Source: Octopus vulgaris
Taxonomy: Eukaryota
Reading direction: 5' to 3'
Assembly (NCBI GenBank): GCA_951406725.2
Contig: OX597824.1
Coordinates: forward strand, 15,810,001-15,874,000
Length of the DNA: 64,000 bases
The notes beneath the pieces were generated by a model. It made no database searches. It was not told the DNA's origin and saw only the letters and a program-made list of their open reading frames with translations. How positions within the stretch are numbered: position 1 is the stretch's first letter; each line of letters begins with the position of its first letter. Made by a program: the position numbers and the translations under genes. Of the stretch, positions 13,793 through 26,549 are shown piece by piece.

Positions 13793-14019
13793 TGGGTTGT
13801 CCGTAAAGTTCGTGCCGAATTTTAAAGGAAAGAAAAATGTCAATAAATACTTGCCATTGCATTTTTAATCAACCAAATATGAACCATTTTGTTGCACAAT
13901 GCGTCTCCATCTTTCCTTTAACTTGAAAATACCCTCTTCCCAGAATTGAGGTGCCTGGGAGGTTAAATCGAAAGGAGAAGCTACTATAAATCGGCACGAA
14001 CTTTCCGGACAACCCAATA
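13790..14019 (-). mobile_element. Internally deleted mariner element
   Basis: 29-bp inverted ends TATTGGGTTGTCCG(T/G)AAAGTTCGTGCCGA including TA TSD; minus strand 13948-13865 encodes QFWEEGIFKLKERWRRIVQQNGSYLVD*, a mariner C-terminus. Confidence 0.9.
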
Positions 14020-14269
14020 TATACACATATGCACGTATATACATACATATGTATGTATATATATATATATACTTACAAACGCGCGAACATACCTGTATGC
14101 ACGTTATGCGCTACAAGTTGCTGAGAGAAAGTTACGATGACTGAACATTTCACAAACTTATACGAAGTCATATTGTCACCGTGCATACACACAAACACAC
14201 ATGAAATAACATACACAGAGCAATCTCATATGAACCATAATTTGATTAAAAAATATTATCAAACTTATA

Positions 14270-14707
14270 GGCGTAGGAGTGGCTGTGTGGTAAGTAGCTC
14301 TGCTAACCAACCACATGGTTCCGGGTTCAGTCCCACTGCGTGGCATCTTGGGCAAGTGTCTTCTACTATAGCCTCGGGCCGACCAATGCCTTGTGAGTGG
14401 ATTTGGTAGACGGAAACTGAAAGAAGCCTGTCGTATATATGTATATAATTATATATGTGTGTGTGTGTGTGTATGTGTTTGTGTGTCTGTGTTTGTCCCC
14501 CTAGCATTGCTTGACAACCGATGTTGGTGTGTTTACGTCCCCGTTACTTAGCGGTTCGGCAAAAGAGACCAATAGAATAAGTACTGGGCTTACAAAGAAT
14601 AAGTACCGGGGTCGATTTTCTCGACTAAATGCGGTGCTCCAGCATGACCGCAGTCAAATGACTGAAACAAGTAAAAGAGTAAAAGAGTAAAAGAGTAAAA
14701 AGAGTAA
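14270..14707 (+). mobile_element. SINE group A, full length
   Basis: Head, internal TA/TG microsatellite, tail ending (AAAGAGTA)n. Confidence 0.9.
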
Positions 14708-15329
14708 CTGGCAAAACCTCGAAGGGACAGCGCCTAATGAAACCACAAACCTTGATATTCTAAGGAAGTCTACATTATTACACAGCTCGTACGTTATTAT
14801 CGATATCATATATCAAACTTACATTGTGTCATTTAATTAATAATTCCGGTCTTGAGGAATTTTAAAATTGATACAAATCCTAAATTAACTCCAGTCTCTC
14901 CTCGTTTTGACCTCTTGCCCCTCAGCTGTAAAGAGAGAATGCACACGTAATGCTTCCTATAGAGTTACTATCAAATAAAAAAAAAAGATGGAAAATGTCT
15001 AGAAAGAGCAAGTGTTTGTAGGGTTTCACTTACTGCTCAGCGAACATTTAACCAAAAGCTATATATAAATGAATTATAATTTCCGCATTTATTCACAAAT
15101 TTATGAAGTAAAATATATAAATTAAAAGATAATCGAATAAATAATTAAAAAAAGTGACTGCGCGTGTGAAATGCATTTAATTGACACTGTGTGTGCATGT
15201 CTTTGGGAGTCAGAGTCATGTGAGGAAAAGTTCTTCAGCTGTGATGCTCATTGCTGGACGGATTCTATAAATGCGGTAGATATTGCAACTCTGGCAGCAG
15301 TAGAAAATAAATAAATAAATAAATAAATA

Positions 15330-16121
15330 GGCGCAGTCGTCCCTGTGTGGTAAGAAGCTTTAAGGCGGTGAGCTGGCTGAATCGTTAGCACGCCGGGCGA
15401 AATGCGTAGCCGTATTTCGTCTGTCGTTACGTTCTCAATTCAAATTCCGCCGAGGTCGACTTTGCCTTTCATCTTTTCGGGTTCGATAAATTAAGTACCA
15501 GTTACGCCCTGGCGTCGATGTAATCGACTTAATCCGTTTGTCTGTCATTGTTTGTTGTCCTCTCTGTGTTTAGCCCCTTGTGGGTAGTAAAGAAATAGGT
15601 ATTTCGTCTGCCGCTACGTTCTGAGTTCAAATTCCGCCGAGGTCCACTTTGCCTTTCATCCTTTCGGAGTCGATTAAATAAGTACCAATTACGCACTAGA
15701 ATCGATATAATCGACTTAAACCGTTTGTCTGTCCTTGTTCGTCTTCTCTGTGTATAGCCCCTTGTGGGTAGTAAAGAAATAGAAATAGGTATTTCGTCTG
15801 CCGCTAGATTCTGAGTTCAAATTCTGCCGAGGTCGACTTTGCTTTTCATCCTTTCGGGTTCGATTAAATAAGTACCAATTACGCACTGGAATCGATATAA
15901 TCGACTTAATCCGTTTGTCTGTCCTTGTTCGTCTTCTCTGTGTGTATCCCCTTGTGGGCAGTAAAGAAATAAGAAGCTTTCTCCCAATCACATGGTTCCG
16001 GGTTCAGTTTCACTGCGTGGCACCCTGGACAAGTGTCTTCTGCTGGAGTCTCGGGCTGGCCAAAACCTTCATAGTGGATTTGGTAGCCAGAAATTTAAAG
16101 AAGCCCGTCGTATCTATCTAC

Positions 16122-16191
<70 letters not shown>

Positions 16192-16485
16192 GTATATATG
16201 TATGTATATATGTATGTATATAAATATATATGTGTGTGTGTCTGCGCTTGTTTTTATGTATATATGTGTGTTATGTCTTTGTGTCTGTGTCTATCCCCCC
16301 CACCATCACCTGACAAACCGATGTTGGTTTGTTTATATCCTCGTAACTTAGCGTTTCGGCAAAAGAGACTGACACAATAAGTACTAGGCTTACAAAGAAT
16401 AATTCCTGGGGTCAAGCGGTTCTCCAGTTGGCCGCAGTCAAATGACTGGAACTTGTAGGATAATAAAAGAGCAAAAGAATAAAAG
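15330..16485 (+). mobile_element. SINE group A interrupted by a group B trimer
   Basis: Head 15330-15361 resumes at 15970; 11-bp TSD TAAGAAGCTTT. Confidence 0.85.
15362..15969 (+). mobile_element. SINE group B trimer (head + 3 body-tail units)
   Basis: Junction AAAGAAATAGGTATTTCG at about 15590 and 15782; flanked by the TSD. Confidence 0.9.
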
Positions 16486-16597
16486 AAATGACTGAGATTC
16501 TTGGAGTTATTTCCATTTGTCTGTAGACGAAAAATCAGGAGCAAGTACTGTGTGGGGACAATCTTCTCTCCATGTAATATACTATGTGTGTATGCAT

Positions 16598-16940
16598 ATG
16601 TCGTCGTCGTCGTCGGCTGTCCGTCGTAGATCGACGTCGACTGCTCTTTTCAAAACCCACGTCTCTGAACAGTGAGTAAGGCAGTTGGCATTGACCCTCC
16701 ACCAGTTTCTCTCTCTGGACCACCATGCGAAGTACCAAGTGGTGTACAAGAGTGCAACTAAGATGTTCGACGATGAGGCTGCCCTGCCGTAGCCGTTTAC
16801 TTGCTAGCTGATGTCTAACCGTTGTTGACCTAAGACACCTCCGCCTTGTCAATTAGTTTCCCAACGACCTGCTGCCGAGGAAACTCGAAATGGGCAGTGG
16901 TGTATATTTGAATAACAGACAAATAGCGGTACACCAAATA
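16598..16940. mobile_element. Probable RTE-clade non-coding terminus (UTR-like)
   Basis: (GTC)n followed by GGCTGTCCGTCGTAGATCGAC, a stem-loop resembling RTE ends; GACGATGAGGCTGCCCT resembles an RTE 5' UTR as recalled; no coding match seen. Confidence 0.4.
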
Positions 16941-17077
16941 CCACACAAAAGCAAAAGAGTTTCTCCATTTCTTAAAATTATCTCCGCCTCCAGTGAAGGT
17001 ATCATAACAACCAAACAGCAATCAAGACCAGCTCCACTCGGTAAGGGGAGATAATCTCATGATTCAGGAATTCGAAG

Positions 17078-17145
17078 TATTTTGGTCTAATGGTAGAACA
17101 TCTTCCATGTTTACAGAAGATGTAGGTTCGTGTGTCACGAGCAGC
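17078..17145 (+). mobile_element. Degenerate tRNA-like SINE head
   Basis: TGGTCTAATGGTAGA A-box, ACATCTTC/GAAGATGT stem, GGTTCG B-box; no acceptor stem. Confidence 0.35.
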
Positions 17146-17257
17146 CTTCAACTTATTCTTCTCACCGAAGGGATTTTAGCCCAATATTTATACGCTGTTA
17201 CTTATAGCTTTATTTACTTCGAGTTCCATCGTTCAAGAAACGAAAAAACACAAACAC

Positions 17258-17292
<35 letters not shown>

Positions 17293-17412
17293 ATACACAT
17301 GGATATATATATATGTATGTATATATATATACACACATATATAGGCATACAAATATATATATATATATACATATACATATACACATATACATATACATAC
17401 ATATATATTCAC

Positions 17413-17458
<46 letters not shown>

Positions 17459-18500
17459 GAAACCATGCACTATAATTATGCCAATGATATTAAACGATTA
17501 TTGTTATCAAAGTTTATATGGTGGGACCCAAATAATTTCTATAAAATAAAGTAAAAAATTATCCGCTTATTAGAATCAATGCAGTAGATACTGTTATATC
17601 CTATGCATAAAGTCATTGGACAATGTGATGAAACTGGTTATAATAAATGACTTTATATATGTATATATGCTTTTGTGTTGTGCGTGTATATGTATGTATG
17701 TACATACATACATACATAGGTACGCATGTTTATAAATAGACACGTATGTATGTATGTATGTCTACGAATGATTACAAATGATCTTTGGCTAGATGCCAAG
17801 GCTTGAGTGTAAAGTTGAACGAGTGTATCTAGACAGATATATGTGTGTATGTGTGCCTCTTAAGTGCCCCTACATGTATACGAATATGTGCGTCCGCCAG
17901 TGCGCATGTGTGAGTATATGGATGTATGGCTGTGTGCGATTGCGTGTAAATGTATGTATATGTGCGTGTGTGTTGGTCTAAGTAGTTCTTTGATAATTTC
18001 TACAATCATTTACAGCAAAATAACTTCAAGATCAATTTGGATACTTGCAGACAAATTCCTCATGACTGACGGTCTTTCTTGAATTCTTCAAATACATAGA
18101 AATTCTTCTTTTCTTCTTCTTCTTCTTCATTTCTTTATTTCCTTCCCGCTTTATTTTACCTTTTTCCATTCTTTCTTTCTTTCTTCCTTGCATTCTTTTT
18201 TCTTTTAAAGATTATTTCTTGGTATGTGTCTGTGGTTAAGATTTTCCCCAATAATATATATATATATAATATATATATATGTGTGTGTGTGTGCGTGCGT
18301 GTGCGTATGCGTGTGTAAGTGTGTATGACTACTTGTAAATATGTGTACGTATATATGTAGGTATATGTATTATATGAAAGTATATATGTATACATATATA
18401 TATATACATCTATCTAGCTAGCTATCAATCTATCTATCTATTTATAAGCACTTGTGTATATTAGTGCGTGTAAGTATAGATATATATGCACACGCACACG

Positions 18501-18556
<56 letters not shown>

Positions 18557-19028
18557 CATATATATAATATATGTACACATACATATACTTATATGAACGT
18601 ATTGTATGGCTATTGAGTGTACGCAGGATCCAATGTCTTCACTTCCGTGAACTTGTGTACTTTCTGATTTGTTATGGAAATGCACATGACTTGGTAACAA
18701 GTATACTTTTATGCACCTCTCTCCTTCCTTGCCCACCTCTCCAGAAACATAAGTACATAGGCTCAAAGAAAAAAACAAACATACAAACATACAAACACAT
18801 GCATACATACTTACGTATCTATATAAGTATATATGTGTGTGTGTGTGCGTGTGTATATACGAAAGAAATAGTGAGAGAGAAAGAGCGAAAATAGTTTTTC
18901 TTTGTATTGTAAGTAATCGCTGTATGATGGGGAACTTGATTCTCAATGAAGGAATGAAGTTTAATTTTAAGTTATATAATCTAAAAGCGAATTAGACAAT
19001 ATATATATACACACACAGAGATATATAG

Positions 19029-19067
<39 letters not shown>

Positions 19068-19073
19068 TGTGGT

Positions 19074-19680
19074 GGTTAGGGCAGCGAGCTGGCAGAAACG
19101 TTAGCACGCCGGGCGAAATGCGTAGCCGTATTTTGTCTGCCGTTACGTTCTCAATTCAAATTCCGCCGAGGTCGACTTTGCCTTTCATCCTTTCGGGGTC
19201 GATAAATAAAGTACCAGTTACGCACTGGGGTCGATGTAATCGACTTAATCCGTTTGTCTGTCCTTGCTTGTCCTCTCTGTGTTTAGCCCCTTGTGGGTAC
19301 TAGAGAAATAGGTTAGGGCAGCGAACTCGCGATCGTAGGATCGCGGTTTCGATTACCAGATAGGGCGTTGTGAGTATTTATTGAGCGATTGAGCGAAAAC
19401 ATCTAAAGCTCCACGAGGCTCCGGCAGGGGGCGCTGGCAGACCCTGCTGTACTCTTTATCCACAACTTTCTCTCACGCTTTCTTCCTGTTTCTGTTGTAC
19501 CTGTATTTCAAAGGGGCCAGCCTTGTCACACTCTGTGTCACGCTGAACCTCCCCCGAGAACTACGTTAAGGGTACACGTGTCTGTGGAGTGCTCAGCCAC
19601 TTGCACGTTAATTTCATGAGCAGGCTGTTCTGATGATCGGATCAACTGGAACGCTCGTCGTCGTAACCGACGGAGTGCCA
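19074..19680 (+). mobile_element. SINE group C subtype 2 interrupted by a group B SINE
   Basis: 14-bp TSD GGTTAGGGCAGCGA (19074-19087, 19311-19324); tail as in 54115-54505. Confidence 0.85.
19081..19310 (+). mobile_element. SINE group B monomer (nested)
   Basis: Head GAGCTGGCAGAAACGTTAGCACGCC, central domain, tail GAGAAATA. Confidence 0.9.
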
Positions 19681-20009
19681 CGGGTAGTTCTGCGGCATTT
19701 GTCCCTGTCTTTCCAGAATATTCTGCCAGATCTATGAAACATCCACATCTCATAGAAATCTCTCTTCTTTGATATTGCTGGATTCATTACCCAAATTTCT
19801 GATTCGCACAGAACAATTGATGTAATATAGCAGTTTAAATTTGCAAATATCTCTCAGAAGCATCGACGAATATACAAATAAGATTTACAAATGATGTGTC
19901 TCGAATATCACTCTAGATATATACAGCAGCAATTAATATGTAGGTTAAAAAACCCCTTTCGACAAAAAACAAAGAAACAATAAACAAAAGGGAGGCGTGG
20001 GTGTGATAT

Positions 20010-20166
20010 GCGCATGCGTGGCTGTGTGGTAAGAAGCTTGCAACCACATGGTTCCGGGTTTAGTCCCACTACGTGGCACCTTGGGCAAGTGTCTTCAACT
20101 ATAACCTCTGGCCGACCAAAGACCTGTGAGTGGATTTGATATACGGAAACTGAAAGAAGCCCATCG

Positions 20167-20250
<84 letters not shown>

Positions 20251-20432
20251 TGTGTCTGTGTTTGTCCCCCTCACCACCATCACTTGACAACCGATGTTAT
20301 TGTGCTTACGTCCCCGTAACTTAGCGGTTAGACAAAAGAGACCGATAGAATAAGTACTAGGCTTACAGAGGATAAGTCCTGGGATAAAGCGATGCGCCAT
20401 GGTGGCCGCAGCCAAATGACTGAAACAAGTAC
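20010..20432 (+). mobile_element. SINE group A
   Basis: Head, internal microsatellite, tail. Confidence 0.9.
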
Positions 20433-20883
20433 AAGCATCCAAGGATAAAACTTGTGGAATCCGGTTTCTTTCTAAAGCTATGCAGTATTTATCTGGACTG
20501 ACATTTGAATCCATTACACATACAACGTATGTATAATTTGTGTATGTTGCCCAGGTGTTTTTTTTTTATCACCGCTCAGTGTTATGAACACTCTTTCCTA
20601 TATTTATCGTCCATTTTAGCGCAGAATTCAGCTTAATATGAAGGTGTTGTTTGCTAATGTTTTCCTTGTCAGTTTTTTTTTTTTGGTGGAATACAAATGA
20701 CTGGACTTTGTTCCGTGTTGTAAATGAGTGTGAGATTTCATAATGGCTTCGAAAATTTACTTTCCCGGGCAAACTGCATGGATTACGTCTATACGAAAAC
20801 AGATAGAAAAAAAGAATCTCTATAAAAAGATAAATCGTGAACTCAGTCGTGTTATCAAAACTAAACCCATCTCTCTCATTATG

Positions 20884-20905
20884 TGAAAGAAGCCCATCGT
20901 ATATG

Positions 20906-20977
<72 letters not shown>

Positions 20978-21044
20978 TGTGTTTGTCCCCCTCACCACCA
21001 TCACTTGACAACCGATGTTATTGTGCTTACGTCCCCGTAACTTA
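20884..21044 (+). repeat. Local duplicate of 20151-20323 (SINE A middle part)
   Basis: Shares private variants CCCATCG and GTTATTGTGCTTACG. Confidence 0.8.
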
Positions 21045-22393
21045 TGTGTGTGTGTGTGTGTGTGTGTGTGGTGTGCGTGTGGGTGCATGTGTGTATGTGC
21101 ATGTGTGTAGGTGTGTATGTATATATATATATGTATATGTTTATATATATATGTATATATTCAAATGCATATATGTATGAGTGTGTGTGCGCGCGCGTGT
21201 GTGTGTACGTGTGTGCGTGTATGTGTATGTTATGTGCGCGTGTGTGTATATATATATGTGTATGTTTATATATATATATACATATTCAAATGCATATATA
21301 TATATGTTTGTGTGTGTATGTATATGTATATGTTTATATACATATGCATATATGTGTGTGTATGTGTATGTGTGTGTGTATGTGTGTGTGCTTATACGCG
21401 CGCATACACATATACACATATTCAAATGCATATATATATGTCTGTGTGTTTGTATATGTATATGTTTATATGTGTGTGTATGTGTGTGTGTTTATACACA
21501 CACGTACACATACACACATGCATATAGGAGCACGCGAATGCACGTCACATCTTACTTATTCGCTTACTGCGATATTGAAAAATTCTGAAACAATTCCTCT
21601 TTGCTAAAAGAAAAAAAAAACTTTGGGAAATAGAAAAAAAATAAAAAATCAATCAGCACAGACATATTTGCATTATTGACCAGTTATCGACAAACTGTCA
21701 ACTAATTGTCTATCAGACTTTGTTTACTTCGTATTTCCCCATTGATAGATTAATTTCTAGATTCAATTACGGAAAAGAAAAAAAAAATACACCAGAAAAT
21801 CAAAAAACAAAAATACATCATATCGACTCAAACAACAACAACAACAACAACAAAAGCAAAACTAGCAACACCAAACAAAACCAAAAAAAAATAAATAAAC
21901 ATAAATAAACATTGAAAACTACAGAAGCAAAACCTTGTAGAATATTGAAATGAAACAAGACAATATCAAAAACAACATCGTCAGCAACAACAAGAACATC
22001 GGCAATGAGAACAGCTATGAGGTTATAGCAAAACGATAAGAAAGAAAAAATATACGGAGAAATAAGATGGAGAAGAAAATAAAAACTGCAAAACTGAACA
22101 AAGAGGAAGAGCGAAAAACAGCGTCCATCGATAGACATACATATGCAGTTACACAGTTACAGTATATTGTAACTGTATGGTGGCACGCAAGACTTATACA
22201 TTTTAAATTCACATGCAAAAAACGTAAACACGTGGATGCTGCGTATGTATATATAACGTGTGTATACATGTATGTATATATAAAATGCCTACGTGTGTGT
22301 GTGTGTGTGTGTGCATACAATAACACACACACACACATATATATATATATACGTGTATATATATGTGTTTGTATGCATTTATATATATGTATA

Positions 22394-22552
22394 GGCGTGG
22401 CTGTGTGGTAAAAGCTTCGTTACCAACCACATGGTTCCGCGTTCATCCCAACTGTGTGGCACCTTGGGCCAGTGTCTTCTACTATAGCCTCGGCCTGACC
22501 GATACCTTGTGAGTGGATTTGGTAGAAGAAACTGAAAGAAACCCGTTGTATA

Positions 22553-22595
<43 letters not shown>

Positions 22596-22830
22596 ATATG
22601 TGTGTGCGTGTGTATGTATGTATACGTTTTTGTATCTGTGTTTGTCCCCCACCATCGCTTGACAACCGTTGTTGGTGTGTTTACGTCCCCATAACTTAGC
22701 GGTTCGGTAAAAAAAAGACCGGTGGGATACGTACGAGGCTTACAAAAAATAAGTCCTGGGGTCGATTTGCTCGACTAAAGGCGGTGCTCCAGCATGGCTG
22801 CAGTCAAATAACCGAGACAAATAAAAGAAT
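22394..22830 (+). mobile_element. SINE group A
   Basis: Head, internal microsatellite, tail. Confidence 0.9.
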
Positions 22831-22836
22831 AGATGA

Positions 22837-22890
<54 letters not shown>

Positions 22891-22957
22891 CATGCAAATA
22901 TATACACGAATATATATATAAATATATATTTTCCTACATATTCTTATACACCGTATA

Positions 22958-23219
<262 letters not shown>

Positions 23220-24239
23220 GTACGTACTCACAGATTCACTACCACTCTACACACACTAGCGAGAATGCGATGTGATATAAGTTCCGGTTATTAGTGTTGT
23301 GAGTTCAAATCCAGTTGAATTCAACTTGGTTTTTTAATCGATAACTTATTTGAACACTGTTTCTCATTCTGGTTTTCACATCCTGAATATTCAAAGGTTC
23401 TAACCGTCGGACTGCCTTAAAACCTTCAACCAAAACATGGGGCTTCCTGATTTCAAGTCATTGTAGGTTCTGAGTGACAAATCATAGAAACAGATAATCT
23501 ATCTGTCTGTATTTATGTATGCCTGTTTCTGTGTACCTATCTATCTATCTGTCTGTCTAGCTATCTAAATACGTACATATACACACTTACACACACACAC
23601 ACATACACACAAATGAACATAAAGATATACTCTTGTACCTTCAGCATATAATACAGATACCTGCTGTTGTTGTCTATTGTTCATTAAAAACAGGTCAGGG
23701 ATGGGCTGCTCATTCTTAGCTATGATGTCTGTTTAGTCGGGATAATCTTAGGATGTGTTGAACAGCATCCACCTTTTTGAAAATCTTCAGGTGAAACCTC
23801 CCGCTTAAGAATACCAGCGTGAATTTTTCGCCATCAGTTTGGGAGACTTTCTGAAAGGTCGTAGTCGCTGCTTACCTTCCTAAGAAGACAGGTATGGAGG
23901 TGTGTTTGTATCTATATAGCTGTATCCTTATGTATATATATTGCGCACAGAAAAGCTTAATATGGCGCAGTAATACAGTTAACCGTCGTTTCGTTAATGT
24001 TATATAAAAAATGGATTATGCTTGATCTTCGAGAATATCTCCCTCTTCTCAATCGGAATTGCAACCAAAGCATTGCTCTAAACTTCTTTGTAGATGACAA
24101 AATTTCAATAAATAAGAAATGTATCTGGTATGTTATTTAACACACAAGCACGTGCGCGCACGCACAAGCACACATACATACACATACATATATAAACACA
24201 TACATATATATATATAGTCAATTAAAAAAAAAAAGAATA

Positions 24240-24345
24240 TAAGAAAACGAAAAAGAAAGAAGCGTGGGTATTGGAGGAAATAGAGAGTTGTTTTAAGTTT
24301 CGAGCACATAGCTCTTCGTCGGATACAAGAAAAACAGGAAAGTGT
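24240..24345 (-). mobile_element. Penelope-like pLTR fragment with minimal hammerhead-like motif
   Basis: Minus strand: GTAT-CCGACGA-AGAGCTATGTGCTC-GAAAC-TTA-AAAC; related to 51245-51279. Confidence 0.55.
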
Positions 24346-24454
24346 GTGAGTATCACAGTTCCTTTTGTAGACGTGTAGTACACTACAACTATCAAAGTGT
24401 ATTCTTATAGAAATAAGTGAAACGGTGAACAAAAGACGAGATACCTTCGACAAG

Positions 24455-24557
24455 TCACCTGATGAGACATATCTGCACCTATGATGCACCACAGTTATTT
24501 GTAAAGCATCTCACCTGCGAGGTGCCAGTGCACGATGGGTCGAAACGATCGTAGTGA
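24455..24557 (+). ncRNA. Type I hammerhead ribozyme motif with extended branched stem II (Penelope-associated type)
   Basis: TCAC-CTGATGA(24459-24465)-GAC...GTC-GAAA(24542-24545)-C-GATC-G-TA-GTGA; stem I TCAC/GTGA, palindromic loop III, AATAAA at 24557-24562. Confidence 0.7.
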
Positions 24558-24842
24558 ATAAAGTCTCGTGAATTTCATTTTCTTTCTTTCATGTTTTTAA
24601 AAATTTTATATATATATTTTATTATATACATGAATGTTTATGTGTGTATGTGTGTGTGTGTGTGGACAAACAGGACTAATGAAAATATCATACAACATAA
24701 ATTAGTCTTATAGAAAAGAGAGCACATTTATGGAGTAGGTATTTAGCAGAACTGAAATAAAAACAACGGGATCAGTGTGGCCAGTGGCATGTATATACAG
24801 AGACTGACATACACTTAAATAGGAGCTGAAATTACAGTCTGT

Positions 24843-24944
24843 TGCTACTCCGAGATTCTCGTCATTCGTTACACAAGAAAATGCTAGTAATCCGGCTTCC
24901 ATTTGTGAAATCAGAGCGGAAACGCGAAACTCAGAGGAGTAGCA
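24843..24944. mobile_element. Small degenerate inverted-repeat element (MITE-like)
   Basis: TGCTACTCC-GAGATTCTCG vs reverse complement of the right end TGCTACTCCTCTGAGTTTCGCG. Confidence 0.4.
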
Positions 24945-24965
24945 CAAACATTGTACGATAAAAAT

Positions 24966-25387
24966 TTACACTCTTTACTCTTTACTCTTTTACTGGTTTC
25001 AGTCATTTGACTGCGGCCATGCTGGAGCACCGCCTTTAGTCGAGCAAATCGACCCCAGGACTTTATTCTTTGTAAGCCCAGTACTTATTCTATCGGTCTC
25101 TTTTTGCCGAACCGCTAAGTGACGGGGACGTAAACACACCAGCATCGGTTGTCAAGCAATGCTAGGGGGACAAACACAGACACACAAACATATACACACA
25201 CACTTATATATATATACATATATACGACAGGCTTCTTTCAGTCTCCGTCTACCAAATCCACTCACAAGGCATTGGTCGGCCCGGGGCTATAGCAGAAGAC
25301 ACTCTCCCAAGATGCCATGCAGTTGGACTGAACCCGGAACCATGTGGTTAGTTAGCAAGCTACTTACCACACAGCCACCACTGCGCC
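24966..25387 (-). mobile_element. SINE group A
   Basis: Full-length reverse copy with (TACTCTTT)n tail. Confidence 0.9.
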
Positions 25388-25883
25388 TTTCTCTCTTTTT
25401 TTTTTTTTTGAAATTTAGTACACTCACGTACACATGCACACAACACTGTTGTCATAGCAACTCAGGCAACGTGGAATTTGTTCTTTTCCTGGAAGCACAA
25501 CGAGAATGTGTCGATCGCATTCGAACTGACGCACCTTCAGTTTGGTATCCTTACAATATATTTAGTCGGACATATGGCGCTTACATGCTTTTGCTTATAC
25601 ATAGGAACATAAAGGAACAAACTCGTATATACATACACATATATATACACACATATATACACACAATACACACACATATATATGTGTGTGTGTCTATGTG
25701 TATACATACAGGCATAACTTTGTACAAATTTGTTAGCTGCTGATATATACACACACGTACGCATGTATAAGAATCATATATACACGAACGTATGCATCTA
25801 CACACACACATACACACATAAGCACACAGAGGCACTCAGAGGCACACACACATACACAAGCACCCAGAGGCACACACGCATAT

Positions 25884-25943
<60 letters not shown>

Positions 25944-26181
25944 TAAACACGCGTACAGCATACAAATCTGTCGCTCGAGTCACACATTTACTCACTGCTG
26001 GTGCACGCGCTTCTCGCACCCACCCACATATATTTCACGTCGTACACGCGCACAAACACACACACACATACACACACCTACACGCTCACACACGTGTACA
26101 CACATCCACGCGCGCGCGCACTCACACATCATACATATGTACATCGATATACTGTATTCTCTGTTACAGGAGATAGATAGG

Positions 26182-26222
<41 letters not shown>

Positions 26223-26260
26223 GGATAGATAGATGGATATATATATATATATATATATAT

Positions 26261-26312
<52 letters not shown>

Positions 26313-26329
26313 AAGATGGATAGATAGAT

Positions 26330-26378
<49 letters not shown>

Positions 26379-26415
26379 GATAGATAGAAAGATAGTTAGA
26401 TGTATAGATAGATGG

Positions 26416-26446
<31 letters not shown>

Positions 26447-26515
26447 TATCTATCTATCTATTTATATATATATCCATCTATCTATAGATAGATAGATAGA
26501 TAGATAGATGGATAG

Positions 26516-26549
<34 letters not shown>

